Part shown: in pieces, positions 54,325 through 63,999 of the stretch | How the letters are laid out: each line of letters opens with the position of its first letter | Position numbering within the stretch: position 1 is the first letter of the stretch | Virus record (IMG/VR): IMGVR_UViG_3300021138_000014 | Span: 1-64,000 of that record | Direction: 5' to 3' (one strand) | DNA: 64,000 nucleotides | Source of the DNA: a virus | Notes under the pieces: model-generated | Told to the model about the DNA's origin: nothing | Database searches by the model: none | Seen by the model: the letters and a program-made list of their open reading frames with translations, nothing else | Position numbers and translations under genes: made by a program

Positions 54325-54833
54325 TATCCAACACTCCAGATGCTTAAGTTTACACTTGCTGTTTCAGGTCTGGCTGGGTTGGTTCCGGCAGCCGTATTAA
54401 GTAATTGAGGATAGGTATTAGTCGATGCCCACCAATAAAGTTGGATGTAGTCGCCAGCATTAAAGACAGCAATGTCTTGCATGCTTGCTAGGTTTTGTGC
54501 ACCAGAAACTGCCAAGCTATATGTATATGAAGAGACAGTTGCGTTGTTTCCATTTACCGCATACCAAAATGTAAAGTTAGTTCCACCGCCACCACCATTA
54601 AGAAACATCTGGGCGTCTAAATTTATAGCGTATGCCCCAGCATTAGCAACGATGATTTTTCCACTTAATGCAGATGTTCCCCCAGAAATGCCTTTTGCAA
54701 CGTCTGTTGTATTAAACGTAATAAGGTTTGCTGTAGAAGTTCCACCAGTAGTTTGAGTAGTTGTATCGTAAAACTCACCATAGTAAAGAACGGCTGGTGC
54801 ATTGTTACTAATGTTATTTACTTTAATGCTCAT
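54324..54833 (-). CDS. beta-sandwich (C1q/BclA-C-like) virion protein
   Basis: YG.FYDTTTQ, I.V..AG.Y.I, AGDYIQLYW. Confidence 0.6.
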   Translation of the reverse strand: MSIKVNNISNNAPAVLYYGEFYDTTTQTTGGTSTANLITFNTTDVAKGISGGTSALSGKIIVANAGAYAINLDAQMFLNGGGGGTNFTFWYAVNGNNATVSSYTYSLAVSGAQNLASMQDIAVFNAGDYIQLYWWASTNTYPQLLNTAAGTNPARPETASVNLSIWSVG

Positions 54834-55141
54834 GCTGTTGTTACCATCAGTACAGCAACATTTGAAGACCCAGTTGAGATAGCGTATAACGCTGAACTTT
54901 GGCTTAGGCTATCGATAGTTACAGAAGATCCAGCAATAAGTTTCACTCCGTAAGAGGAGGAGGTCACTGTTGATGCTCCCAAATAAACGGTAGCTGAAGG
55001 ATCAACATTTTGCACGGATATAGTTCCGTATGCCCAAGTAGGATTTTTTTCTCCTGTTACGGAATCAGTAATAGTTGGATCTACGTTAAGTTGTACTGCT
55101 GTTGAACTGTTAAGCGCAACAACTGAATGGGTGAGTGCCAT
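54830..55141 (-). CDS. small beta-rich virion protein
   Basis: VQN......VYLG...VT.SSYG..L..G. Confidence 0.6.
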   Translation of the reverse strand: MALTHSVVALNSSTAVQLNVDPTITDSVTGEKNPTWAYGTISVQNVDPSATVYLGASTVTSSSYGVKLIAGSSVTIDSLSQSSALYAISTGSSNVAVLMVTTA

Positions 55142-55149
55142 TTGTCTCC

Positions 55150-55710
55150 TTAGTTATTATGTTCTGGAAGTAGGTCATTTGTAAGAGGCGCCTGACTGTA
55201 CAACCCAGCGTACTGCTGGAACTGCGGATCATTAACCATTTCTTCACTCATTACCTGAATACATTCAACAGACAAGAGCGCATATCGATCTTTAACAATT
55301 CCCCGTTGTTGAACCTTGATAGGTCTCCATATCTGATTCAACCACTCTATTCTCCCACGACCTTCTAATTGTGGGTTGCCAACTACATTTGGCATTATTC
55401 TTTCTACTTGCTCAGCGTCTAGGGTAAGGTGCAAGGTGTTCCCTGCATAGAAACCACGCTCAGACATATCGATTTCGCCCTGTGTAATAACGGCTCGGAC
55501 AACAGGTAGATCGAACGGACCAAGCCACATACGACCGCCCGTGGCAGCGCCTACGTCATAGACTGGATCTTCTACTGTATGTACGGGATCAAAGACCCAC
55601 CATTTTGCGAGCGTTCCTGCTGGGCTTTGCACGTCTGAAGCAATGCCATCAAGAATAGCGTTAGTTTCAAAGTCGGAGTCGAAGCGACCGCCGGGGTTAT
55701 AAGCTCGCAC
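55150..55710 (-). CDS. putative head-tail connector protein
   Basis: GAGG RBS, GTG start; DPVYDVG, RGFY, EEMVNDPQF; structural context. Confidence 0.55.
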   Translation of the reverse strand: MRAYNPGGRFDSDFETNAILDGIASDVQSPAGTLAKWWVFDPVHTVEDPVYDVGAATGGRMWLGPFDLPVVRAVITQGEIDMSERGFYAGNTLHLTLDAEQVERIMPNVVGNPQLEGRGRIEWLNQIWRPIKVQQRGIVKDRYALLSVECIQVMSEEMVNDPQFQQYAGLYSQAPLTNDLLPEHNN

Positions 55711-55718
55711 AACGCCTC

Positions 55719-56762
55719 CTACATACGATTATAAAATACAAGGTTACTCTGTAAACGAGCGTCTGAACTGTCAAGCGCTGAGGCTTTTTGCCCGTACTCT
55801 AGTGCTTTGTCTTTAATACCTAAGTTGTACGCAGCAATTGCCGCTAAATCCCACGGCCAAAAGTTCCAAGCCCATGGCTCATTAAGATACTCCAAAGGTT
55901 TTTCTGTAATTGCCAACGCCTTTTCCGCGTATTCCAAAACCTTATCCCAAGATTGCTCTTTGTAATAGTAGTTAGCAAGTTCAACAAGAGGCTCACGAAG
56001 TCGGGGGCACTCTTCATGCGCTTTTACTAGCCACTGAACTCGTTCATCTCCAGCACAGCAGTTAGCCATATTCCTATAAGCCGCAGATCTTTCAGCATCC
56101 CATGTAGCGGTAGGTAGAGCCAAGAAATTTTTAAACGCCTCTTTTGCTTTGTCATATTGCTGGTGAAAGAACAACTCCCGCGCGTAATAGTAGGCATTAC
56201 GATCACCCATAGGATCTTCCTCTACAGCCAAAGCAAGCAGTGGTAAATATTGACCACGAGACTTCGTGTTATCTGGGTGATGGTGAATTTCAAGTGCTAG
56301 TTGCTCTTGCGTCTCCTGAATACGATCTGGGTAAAGGCTTTCATGAACAGGGTGGCGCCAACGGTAATTATGTCGCTTATGAATATGATCCCCAGCAAAT
56401 TGAACTCCGGGCTTACCATTAGGCTGCCAACTCCATGTATAAAGATAACGGGGACGAGTAGTAGTGGCGGTCTCCATGATAGGGCGCCAGCCGGGCATAA
56501 GCATTTCGTCCATGTCTACAGAAATACAATAGTCAATATCATCTGGGAGAAGTGCTAAGGCAGTGTTGCGGGCGTCGTCAAACCGCCACGGCTTTATAGA
56601 AATAGAGACGACATTAATACCTAAGGCTTTTGCTTTTTCCACGGTGTTATCGGTGGATCCAGTATCAGCAATAAGTAGGTAATCGGCTTCTTTATTAGCG
56701 TTGTACCAACGCTCTACAAACTGCTCCTCATTTAGAGCGATTGTATAAACAGCAATTTTCAC
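55719..56762 (-). CDS. GT2 glycosyltransferase with C-terminal TPR repeats
   Basis: IA.NEE, DTGSTD.T, FDDARN, VDMDE (DxD), HE; TPR helices; leaderless TATACT-N6-GTG. Confidence 0.88.
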   Translation of the reverse strand: MKIAVYTIALNEEQFVERWYNANKEADYLLIADTGSTDNTVEKAKALGINVVSISIKPWRFDDARNTALALLPDDIDYCISVDMDEMLMPGWRPIMETATTTRPRYLYTWSWQPNGKPGVQFAGDHIHKRHNYRWRHPVHESLYPDRIQETQEQLALEIHHHPDNTKSRGQYLPLLALAVEEDPMGDRNAYYYARELFFHQQYDKAKEAFKNFLALPTATWDAERSAAYRNMANCCAGDERVQWLVKAHEECPRLREPLVELANYYYKEQSWDKVLEYAEKALAITEKPLEYLNEPWAWNFWPWDLAAIAAYNLGIKDKALEYGQKASALDSSDARLQSNLVFYNRM

Positions 56763-56779
56763 TTGCTAAGTATAGAGGA

Positions 56780-57205
56780 TTATGCTCCAGCTAAAGATGT
56801 CATGATCTGGCGACCGTAGATTGTGATGCCAGAGTCTGGAGTGTAGAACTGATAAATGCTACGAGCATTACCTGTGGCTTGAGTTGGGGCAACTCCGCCT
56901 GGCCATGAGATACCTGTCCATGTCACTGTATATGTAGATGGGTTAGATATTTCTGCGTACCAGATGTGACCGTACTTTGTAGAAAATGAACTTGCTGCGT
57001 TCCAAGAAAGGGTAGCATTACCCGATAGTACGTACTTGGCGTAGCCACTGCCCGAGGTCAAAGATCCAATAACGTTAGCCATAGGCGCAACCAAGGCAAC
57101 AGTTCCTGTTATGTTTGACTGCAGGGAACCGTAATAGGTGATTCCAGCATTAATATATGCTGAGGAGTTCTTCTGAAGTACTCCGGGATATTCTGTAATT
57201 GGCAT
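56780..57205 (-). CDS. tail fibre tip-like protein (paralog 1)
   Basis: TVTW.GI.WPGG.APT...YQFYT.D.G.TI.G. Confidence 0.65.
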   Translation of the reverse strand: MPITEYPGVLQKNSSAYINAGITYYGSLQSNITGTVALVAPMANVIGSLTSGSGYAKYVLSGNATLSWNAASSFSTKYGHIWYAEISNPSTYTVTWTGISWPGGVAPTQATGNARSIYQFYTPDSGITIYGRQIMTSLAGA

Positions 57206-57666
57206 TAGTTTTGCACCCAAACTCTTCCTTTTACGTTAACACCATCGACTGTATAAAATTGAAAAACGTTATAGTTATTAGTCCAAGTAGGGGTTCCGCC
57301 ATCCCAGATGACAACACCTGTTCCCCCACCAAAGGCTAAAGTTACAGCAAAATTTAATTGTTGCGCTGCGGTAAAAGATCCAAATATTGATGAGTTAGGT
57401 ATGTATTCAACAAACCATGTATATCCATGGGTTGCAGTAGTGTTGCCGTTAGAAAGCGTCTGTGGACCAACAAAGTTTGTGTTGAGATCAAAGTTAAGGG
57501 TAACCTGAGTAGAAGGTTGGTACACCTTAATTGTAGGTGTAGCAATAGGGTTAGCCGTTTGGTTAGTCGACGGAGACGTGATCAATAGTTTATTACTAGC
57601 CGCAGACGCGTTTGTATAAGCAAGCGTTGCAGGCTTAATGATATCTGGTACAGATGATAGAGTCAC
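57205..57666 (-). CDS. tail fibre tip-like protein (paralog 2)
   Basis: WDGGTPT...FQFYT.DG....G. Confidence 0.65.
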   Translation of the reverse strand: MTLSSVPDIIKPATLAYTNASAASNKLLITSPSTNQTANPIATPTIKVYQPSTQVTLNFDLNTNFVGPQTLSNGNTTATHGYTWFVEYIPNSSIFGSFTAAQQLNFAVTLAFGGGTGVVIWDGGTPTWTNNYNVFQFYTVDGVNVKGRVWVQN

Positions 57667-57674
57667 GGTACTCC

Positions 57675-58097
57675 TTAGGAAACTAGGTTAGCGTAAAGTA
57701 GTTTACCGTTAATGGTTGTGCCATCAAAGCTAGTAAACATAATGGTGCTCTTACCGGATGCGGTAGAGACTAGTGTAGGAGCGGTTCCACCATCCCAAGT
57801 AACACCGCTAAATGTCACAGTGTAAGTAGCTCCCTGCTGGATTTCTACATACCAGATGGTTGGCTGGTACATAACAACTCCGTATGGATCTGTAAATGTT
57901 CCAGGAAGACCTGTAAAAGAAACAGTGACGTTTCTTGTTAACTGGTTGATCTGAGCAATTCCACCATTAGTTGGATTAATGGTTAGGGTAGTTACGCCAT
58001 TAGCGTATGACAACGTCTGTACTCTTGTTGCTTGTGCGGAGTTAATTGCATAATCATTAGATTGCTCGAGCAACTGCGGGACAGATGAAATGGCCAT
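57675..58097 (-). CDS. tail fibre tip-like protein (paralog 3)
   Basis: TVTF.GV.WDGG.APT...F.S.DG.TI.G. Confidence 0.65.
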   Translation of the reverse strand: MAISSVPQLLEQSNDYAINSAQATRVQTLSYANGVTTLTINPTNGGIAQINQLTRNVTVSFTGLPGTFTDPYGVVMYQPTIWYVEIQQGATYTVTFSGVTWDGGTAPTLVSTASGKSTIMFTSFDGTTINGKLLYANLVS

Positions 58098-58099
58098 TG

Positions 58100-58420
58100 T
58101 TAGTTCTTTCCGCTAAATAATGCTTTTAAACCAGAAGGCTTATCTTCAATTTCTTTGGTAGATGCTATTTCTTCAGCCTCAATGACGTCTTCATCAGAGG
58201 GGTTAAATCCAACACCATTCCAATTAGCTGCGGCTCCACCAAGATCCGCTGGCTGGAACACGCCATTAATGCGCTTCCACCCAATGCTTGGCTGAGGACG
58301 GAAGTTGGTGGTCTCGACAATCTCATAGAGACTGCCGAGTACACCAATATCTTCTGCCTTATCCGCCACAAGATGGTGCTGAACAACACCATTGTTATCA
58401 ACAAGAGCGAATTTAGCCAT
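58100..58420 (-). CDS. small fibre-associated protein (chaperone-like)
   Basis: AGGAG RBS; FALVD..GVV....VAD...IGW....G.F; follows Gly-rich fibre. Confidence 0.6.
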   Translation of the reverse strand: MAKFALVDNNGVVQHHLVADKAEDIGVLGSLYEIVETTNFRPQPSIGWKRINGVFQPADLGGAAANWNGVGFNPSDEDVIEAEEIASTKEIEDKPSGLKALFSGKN

Positions 58421-58441
58421 TTGTTATATCTCCTAGTATTT

Positions 58442-61400
58442 TTAGAATACAGCCTTGTCGAACCAGCGGACGATAGCAAGACCGTCAGCGCCGTTTCCAC
58501 CAAAGCTTGAGTATGGGAAGTATACAAGGCTGTTAAAGTCAACGTCAATAACGTCTCCAGCATCCAAGTATAGTGCTTCCCATGTTACATCGAAGTAGGC
58601 TGCGTTAACAGGAGCCTGAAGATCCTGCCATGCACCGACTGCTGTAGTCTGACCAGCAATGTTGTTGAGGTAAGTAACTGTGTTAACTGCTGTGAACACG
58701 ATGTCATACGCTGGGCGATCTTCACGGATTGTCTGCATATCGTATGTCTTCCAACGGATTGTTGGGCGAATACGCTTAGCAAGACCAGGGAACTGTGTCG
58801 AAGTAACACCCGCAGGAGCAGTTGTTAGACGAGCAGCAACACCTGTGAAGTCAAGCACTGTGCGAGGAAGGATTGGGAACGCGTTAACACCAGTCTGAAC
58901 CTTTGCGTTACCAACGTCTTGGATTGTGATACGAAGACCGTTAGTTGCGTAAATTGCAGCAGCTGCAGTGATAAGAGTTGTACAGTTGTATACAGGGTTC
59001 CACAAGTACTGGTTAGCGTTAGCAGTATCGTAAACGATTGCTGTGTTAGCCAAGTGGTTTGCTGTTACAGATGATGCGTTGTTCTGGTTAGAAGCACCAC
59101 CTCCACCGCCGGAGCCTGTGTTAGCAAGTGCGTCAATACCACGTGAGTAGTAGTTGCTTAGACCTGTGTTAGATACGATCCAGGTACCGCCACCCTTACC
59201 ACCGCCAGCGTTTCCGCGGCCAGGCATGTTGGAGTTCTGTGTAGTTGCTGTAGTCCAACCAGCACCTCCACCACCACCAGCGACAGGGATACCAAGAGGT
59301 GAACCAGAGTTCAAACCTGAAAGTGTTGTACCAAGACCACCGTCTCCGCCGTACGCAGGCACAGAGTTAGCAACGATGTTACCTGAGTGGTAAATCGACA
59401 TTCCGCCTTGATGTCCACGCATTGGGTAAGTTCCTGAAGAAGAACCACCGGATGAGTTGAAACCACCAGCGTAGTTGAATGTTGTGTTACCCGTTGTAGC
59501 AGGTGCGTACATCAATGCGTTTCCGCCAGCCTGAGTTGATCCAGCACCGCCACCTGCAAGGGTAGGCTGTGTGTAAGAACCGTTAGCAGCGTGACCGCCG
59601 TTGTTAGCACCTTCAAGACCATACTGCCACATTGGGTAGTTAGAGTTATAAGTACCTCCACCACCGCCACCTTCAGCAGAAAGCGCCGCAGCAATAACAA
59701 TCTGAGAGTTACCGTATTCGCCAGCGAATGTGTAAGTTCCATCATTTCCACGGTGGAAGTTGGTTGCTGTTGCACCAATTTCAAGCTGTGGTGCGATGAA
59801 CAAGTACTCAATCGCTGATGTTGCCTGAGCTGCCTGATAAGCAGAAGCACCCAAACGGATCCATGTTGTATTGGTTGGTGCAGTTGCTGTAACACCGATA
59901 CGGACTGGGTAGGCTGTCTGAGCCTGTGAGTTGGTCTGAGTAGCAGTTGCTACGCCAGAAATTGGAAGAGCATAACCTGTTCCGTTTGTACGACCCAAAG
60001 AGTTGAAGTCTGCATCGAAGAACTCGAGGAAGGCTGACACTGGGCGATAGACAGAAGAGGTACCGTTGTTAAGGGCAAAGAGCGAGCCGTAGTACTGAGT
60101 ACCTGCGGTAGCCTTAACATGGCGGTGAGCAATTTCGAGGTTACCACCAGTGTTGTTATTTGATGTAGCAAGGATTGCCATATCGTTGTTGTATAGAGGT
60201 GGGTACCAAGTTGTGGCTGTGGAACCAACTTCTAACTGGAGGTTATCGATGAAGAACGAGGTCGAAGCCTGCTCAAGAACAATTGTTGGGTAGATAAACT
60301 GTGGTGTTGAGCCATAACCGTAAACACCGTTTGCAGTTGTTGCAGCAAATGAAGGTGTTGTGAAAGTTGCATAAATACGACGCCATCCGTTTTGACCTGT
60401 GGTGACGTTAGATCCGAGGATCTGAACACCAGTAGGTACTGAGAAGGTAAGAGGTGTTGTAGACAATGCAGAGTTGGTAGCAAGCGACAATGTAACTGTG
60501 GCGTTTGTTGTCTGACCGGACATAGCAGACACAACTGTGTTTGACTGAATGCCAGCACCAGAAACAGCCATACCTACATAAACCTGAGTTGCGTTATCAA
60601 CTGTGATGTTAGTAGCACCATTTCCACCAGTACCGTTAGCAACTACTGTACCTGTATAACCAGCAAGAGGTGTAGGTGTTGCCTGACGGACGAAGAATCC
60701 GTTAGCAGTACCTGCGTCGATTGAGTTAGATGTACCAGAGTTTGTACCACCAAGGTAGTTAGTAGCTGTTGAGGCACCATAAGATGCACCCACTGAACGC
60801 AACTGGAAGAGGAGTGGTGTAGCAGTGTTTACGTTTGTAGTTGTAGAAACGTATGCAGACATTGTATAAGTAGCGCCCGGAATGTAAGGGACACCCTGAT
60901 AGTTAGCTGCAGTGGATGTTGGGGTAGTACCAGTGTTGGTAGACCAGTTGATCCATGTTGGAGCACCCGCAGAAGTACCAGATCCTGTTACAGCCAAGAG
61001 TGAGTACTGACCAACGGTACCTTCGTAAGAGATTGTAAATGAGGCTGCAGTAGCGGCCGCAATTGTTGGTTGGCTGATGGTAACTGTTGTACCGCTGATG
61101 CCGAGAATAACTGTTCCAGAAGATAGATAAGTTGCGTTAGCAATAAACATACCAGTTTGGACGTTAGTAACATCGGTAAGAACAATGGTGGTAGCACCAA
61201 TTGTTGCCTGTGTACCAGTCTTTGTTAGAGGTACAACCATTTCCGCCAACTTGGTTGGAAGACCAGCGTTGGTGATAGAGAAGCTACCAAGCGCGGTACC
61301 AAACTGCTGTACGTAAGAAGAAGATACAAGTGTTGGATCTTCCATCTGAGACAAGCGTGGCTGCATGATGTTGTTTGATAAGTTGTTGGTGTATGGTGAA

Positions 61401-62122
61401 GACGGTTGTCCGACAGCCTGAGTATTTGCAGTGATAGCGCCATATGAAATAGCGTTATAAGACACGTTAGCCTGTGAGGTAACTGCATCAGATACATCGA
61501 AGGTTGCGATTGTATTAACAGTAGATACTGTGTTAGCAACAGAAAGTGAAAGCACGTTACCTGTAATACCTGTGATCTGGGTGTTAGTACCGAGGTTAGT
61601 ACCAGAAACGTACATACCTACGACAAGACCGTTAGCATTAGGGTATACAGTGATGGTTGAAGCAGAAGCGATACCTGTTACCTGACGGTAGATAAGGTTC
61701 TGATCCCATTGAGTGGCGCCATATTCAAAAAATGCGTTAACCAAAAGGTTAGCAATTGTGATTGAACCGAACGATGTAGCACCACCGTTAGCGCCTGGAA
61801 GAGTGTTAACTACGTCAGTTGCAGAGACGAGCGCTCCTTGACCGCCTTGTCCACCAGCACCGATAGTTACTGTGTAGGAAGTGCCGGGAGTAACGTTAAG
61901 GTTCTTAACGATAACCTGACCAGCGCCACCGCCACCACCAGCGACGTCGCGTGAACCGCCACCGCCGCCTCCACCTGCGCCAACAAGAATAACTTGTGCG
62001 CTTGCGACACCTGCGGGAACTGTCCAGGCACCAGAGGATGTGAATGTAGCTTCGTTTACGTAAACTCGACCTGAGTTATCGTTAGGAAAAACTACAAAAT
62101 CTTTATATGAAGAAATTGCCAT
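58442..62122 (-). CDS. large glycine-rich tail fibre/receptor-binding protein
   Basis: FTSSG.WTVP.GV, GGGGGAG, ANTGSGGGG, GG.GADG..IVRW; CBM-like QLE.G..AT repeats. Confidence 0.8.
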   Translation of the reverse strand: MAISSYKDFVVFPNDNSGRVYVNEATFTSSGAWTVPAGVASAQVILVGAGGGGGGGSRDVAGGGGGAGQVIVKNLNVTPGTSYTVTIGAGGQGGQGALVSATDVVNTLPGANGGATSFGSITIANLLVNAFFEYGATQWDQNLIYRQVTGIASASTITVYPNANGLVVGMYVSGTNLGTNTQITGITGNVLSLSVANTVSTVNTIATFDVSDAVTSQANVSYNAISYGAITANTQAVGQPSSPYTNNLSNNIMQPRLSQMEDPTLVSSSYVQQFGTALGSFSITNAGLPTKLAEMVVPLTKTGTQATIGATTIVLTDVTNVQTGMFIANATYLSSGTVILGISGTTVTISQPTIAAATAASFTISYEGTVGQYSLLAVTGSGTSAGAPTWINWSTNTGTTPTSTAANYQGVPYIPGATYTMSAYVSTTTNVNTATPLLFQLRSVGASYGASTATNYLGGTNSGTSNSIDAGTANGFFVRQATPTPLAGYTGTVVANGTGGNGATNITVDNATQVYVGMAVSGAGIQSNTVVSAMSGQTTNATVTLSLATNSALSTTPLTFSVPTGVQILGSNVTTGQNGWRRIYATFTTPSFAATTANGVYGYGSTPQFIYPTIVLEQASTSFFIDNLQLEVGSTATTWYPPLYNNDMAILATSNNNTGGNLEIAHRHVKATAGTQYYGSLFALNNGTSSVYRPVSAFLEFFDADFNSLGRTNGTGYALPISGVATATQTNSQAQTAYPVRIGVTATAPTNTTWIRLGASAYQAAQATSAIEYLFIAPQLEIGATATNFHRGNDGTYTFAGEYGNSQIVIAAALSAEGGGGGGTYNSNYPMWQYGLEGANNGGHAANGSYTQPTLAGGGAGSTQAGGNALMYAPATTGNTTFNYAGGFNSSGGSSSGTYPMRGHQGGMSIYHSGNIVANSVPAYGGDGGLGTTLSGLNSGSPLGIPVAGGGGGAGWTTATTQNSNMPGRGNAGGGKGGGTWIVSNTGLSNYYSRGIDALANTGSGGGGGASNQNNASSVTANHLANTAIVYDTANANQYLWNPVYNCTTLITAAAAIYATNGLRITIQDVGNAKVQTGVNAFPILPRTVLDFTGVAARLTTAPAGVTSTQFPGLAKRIRPTIRWKTYDMQTIREDRPAYDIVFTAVNTVTYLNNIAGQTTAVGAWQDLQAPVNAAYFDVTWEALYLDAGDVIDVDFNSLVYFPYSSFGGNGADGLAIVRWFDKAVF

Positions 62123-62146
62123 TTATAGATACCTGTCCTTTGGTTG

Positions 62147-62449
62147 TTACTGGTAAACGCCGGAGATGAAGAAATCTACTGCTGAAGCCACGTCTGCGGT
62201 GACTACAACAAGATCGCTTGGGTTAGCAACAAGGCGTGAGTCAAAGTTGACTGTACCGTTACCTGAAACCTGAAGCTGAGTGCAGAAAGAATATCCGCCG
62301 ATTGTCACTGTGACATAGCGGGTATTTGCTGTCTTGTTTGACAAGACAATGTTTGTAATAATTGCGGCAGTAGAAGCAGTGATGCTTGTGCCTGCGTCAG
62401 TGGTAGCTGCTGTACCACGACGAATAAGTGTTACTGTAGGTGTAGCCAT
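62147..62449 (-). CDS. small virion protein
   Basis: IITNI.L.N....FFISG; TAATG coupling. Confidence 0.65.
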   Translation of the reverse strand: MATPTVTLIRRGTAATTDAGTSITASTAAIITNIVLSNKTANTRYVTVTIGGYSFCTQLQVSGNGTVNFDSRLVANPSDLVVVTADVASAVDFFISGVYQ

Positions 62450-62787
62450 TATGCTAGAACTCCCATGTATGCGTAGGTGGTTAGATTAGATGCTGTTGAA
62501 TTTACGGCAGCCACCTGCGTGGTTCCAGCCGAGTTAACTGCTGCGACCTGAGTGGTACCAGCAGAGTTGACAAGACCAACTTGAGTTGTTCCAGTCGAAG
62601 TAATTGTTGAAACTTGGTTAGCTGTAGCCGCAACGATATCGTTGACGCCCAACATTGTTCCAAGTTGTACTAGAGCATTTGCATAATATGCATAGTCTGT
62701 AGATGTATATGTACCGCCAGTTAAACTGGTAGTCATATCGTTGCTTAGTTGTGTGATCTGCGAACTAAGCGTTGAGTAACTTGTCAT
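62449..62787 (-). CDS. virion protein with 11-aa repeats (SAGTTQVAAVN)
   Basis: Three near-identical 11-aa units. Confidence 0.7.
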   Translation of the reverse strand: MTSYSTLSSQITQLSNDMTTSLTGGTYTSTDYAYYANALVQLGTMLGVNDIVAATANQVSTITSTGTTQVGLVNSAGTTQVAAVNSAGTTQVAAVNSTASNLTTYAYMGVLA

Positions 62788-62859
62788 TCGTTAGGTTACC
62801 TGCCTTCCAAGGTTTCCACTAGTGTATCTAGATTTATACTGTTTTTGTTTCTATACTTT

Positions 62860-63999
62860 TTAAGCTTGAGCTTCAGTCCATGAAATACGGGCTGAAATCT
62901 GAGAAGAAGCGGAACCGATATTGGTAGCCACAACTACAAGCACGTCTGGACCATTAGGGAATCCAGGGGTAGAAACGTTTCCGTTTCCTGACATGTATGA
63001 GTTTCCAATATCCTTTGCTCCCTGAAGTGAGTACACAGAAGAGTTGAAGTTTGACGCTCCACCACCATTTTCTGAGAAGAAAGAGAAGATAGAGTCACCA
63101 CCAAGAACAATTCCAGAGGGTGCTTGGATCGCTCCAGAACCGTACCCGTTATCAATAAAGATAGCCTGAGCCAAAGATGAAATACCTACGCCGTCACGAG
63201 TCCAGTCATTTGGAATACCAACATAACCAACGCTTGGTGTGAAGGTGATTGTTCCTGACACCGTCGTGGTGTTTGGTGCGCTGAGGGTTACCACGTTACC
63301 GTTTACAGCGGTAATGTAGGCTCCAGTAGCAATACCTGTACCAGAAACTAAGGTGCCGATCTGAAGACCAGTTACGCTCGTTACGTTTAAAGTACCTGTA
63401 TCAGCGACGGTAATAGTGTTCTGACCAGAGGTACCTGTAACTGAGGTACGAGTAGTTGCCAACTGAGCGGTTGTCCAGTTGGTATAACCAAGGTATGAAG
63501 GGTTAAGGATAACGTCGATACGATATGAACCGTTAGTCTGAACAGCCACTGATTGGAGCTGCAAAGCCATTCGGTTGATCAGTTCACGTACACCAAAGTT
63601 ACGGGCAATCGCGTTATCAACTGTTGGAGCAACTCGAATTGCAAGGAGTGGACGTGCGGTACCGGCCGCAATCTGCTGATACTTAGTCATACCAGCGGTA
63701 AAGACTGGTAGCAAGTCATTCTGGAATCCGCCGTCCATAACAACTGATGAACCCCAGTGCTGAATAATAGGAGCACAGTTTTGGTTAATCGGCTGTATAG
63801 ATACCTGAGCGTTTCCGCCAGAACCTGTAAGAGATGAATCAGGGGTAAATGCAACGCTGCTCAATGTACCTGAGTATGTGAATGGCTGATCTGGGTAGTT
63901 CAACGTAATTGATGAACGTCGACCAACAACTGTTACTGGATAACCATTGGCTGTAGAGTTAAATGCACCTACTGCTGAGTACTGAATAATTTCAAGGTT
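62860..63999 (-). CDS. large virion structural protein, 5'-truncated by window edge
   Basis: Frame open to the window end; HWGSSVVMDGGF, PL.AIR.AP.VDN, GPDVL, SW.EAQA. Confidence 0.75.
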   Translation of the reverse strand, partial: NLEIIQYSAVGAFNSTANGYPVTVVGRRSSITLNYPDQPFTYSGTLSSVAFTPDSSLTGSGGNAQVSIQPINQNCAPIIQHWGSSVVMDGGFQNDLLPVFTAGMTKYQQIAAGTARPLLAIRVAPTVDNAIARNFGVRELINRMALQLQSVAVQTNGSYRIDVILNPSYLGYTNWTTAQLATTRTSVTGTSGQNTITVADTGTLNVTSVTGLQIGTLVSGTGIATGAYITAVNGNVVTLSAPNTTTVSGTITFTPSVGYVGIPNDWTRDGVGISSLAQAIFIDNGYGSGAIQAPSGIVLGGDSIFSFFSENGGGASNFNSSVYSLQGAKDIGNSYMSGNGNVSTPGFPNGPDVLVVVATNIGSASSQISARISWTEAQA

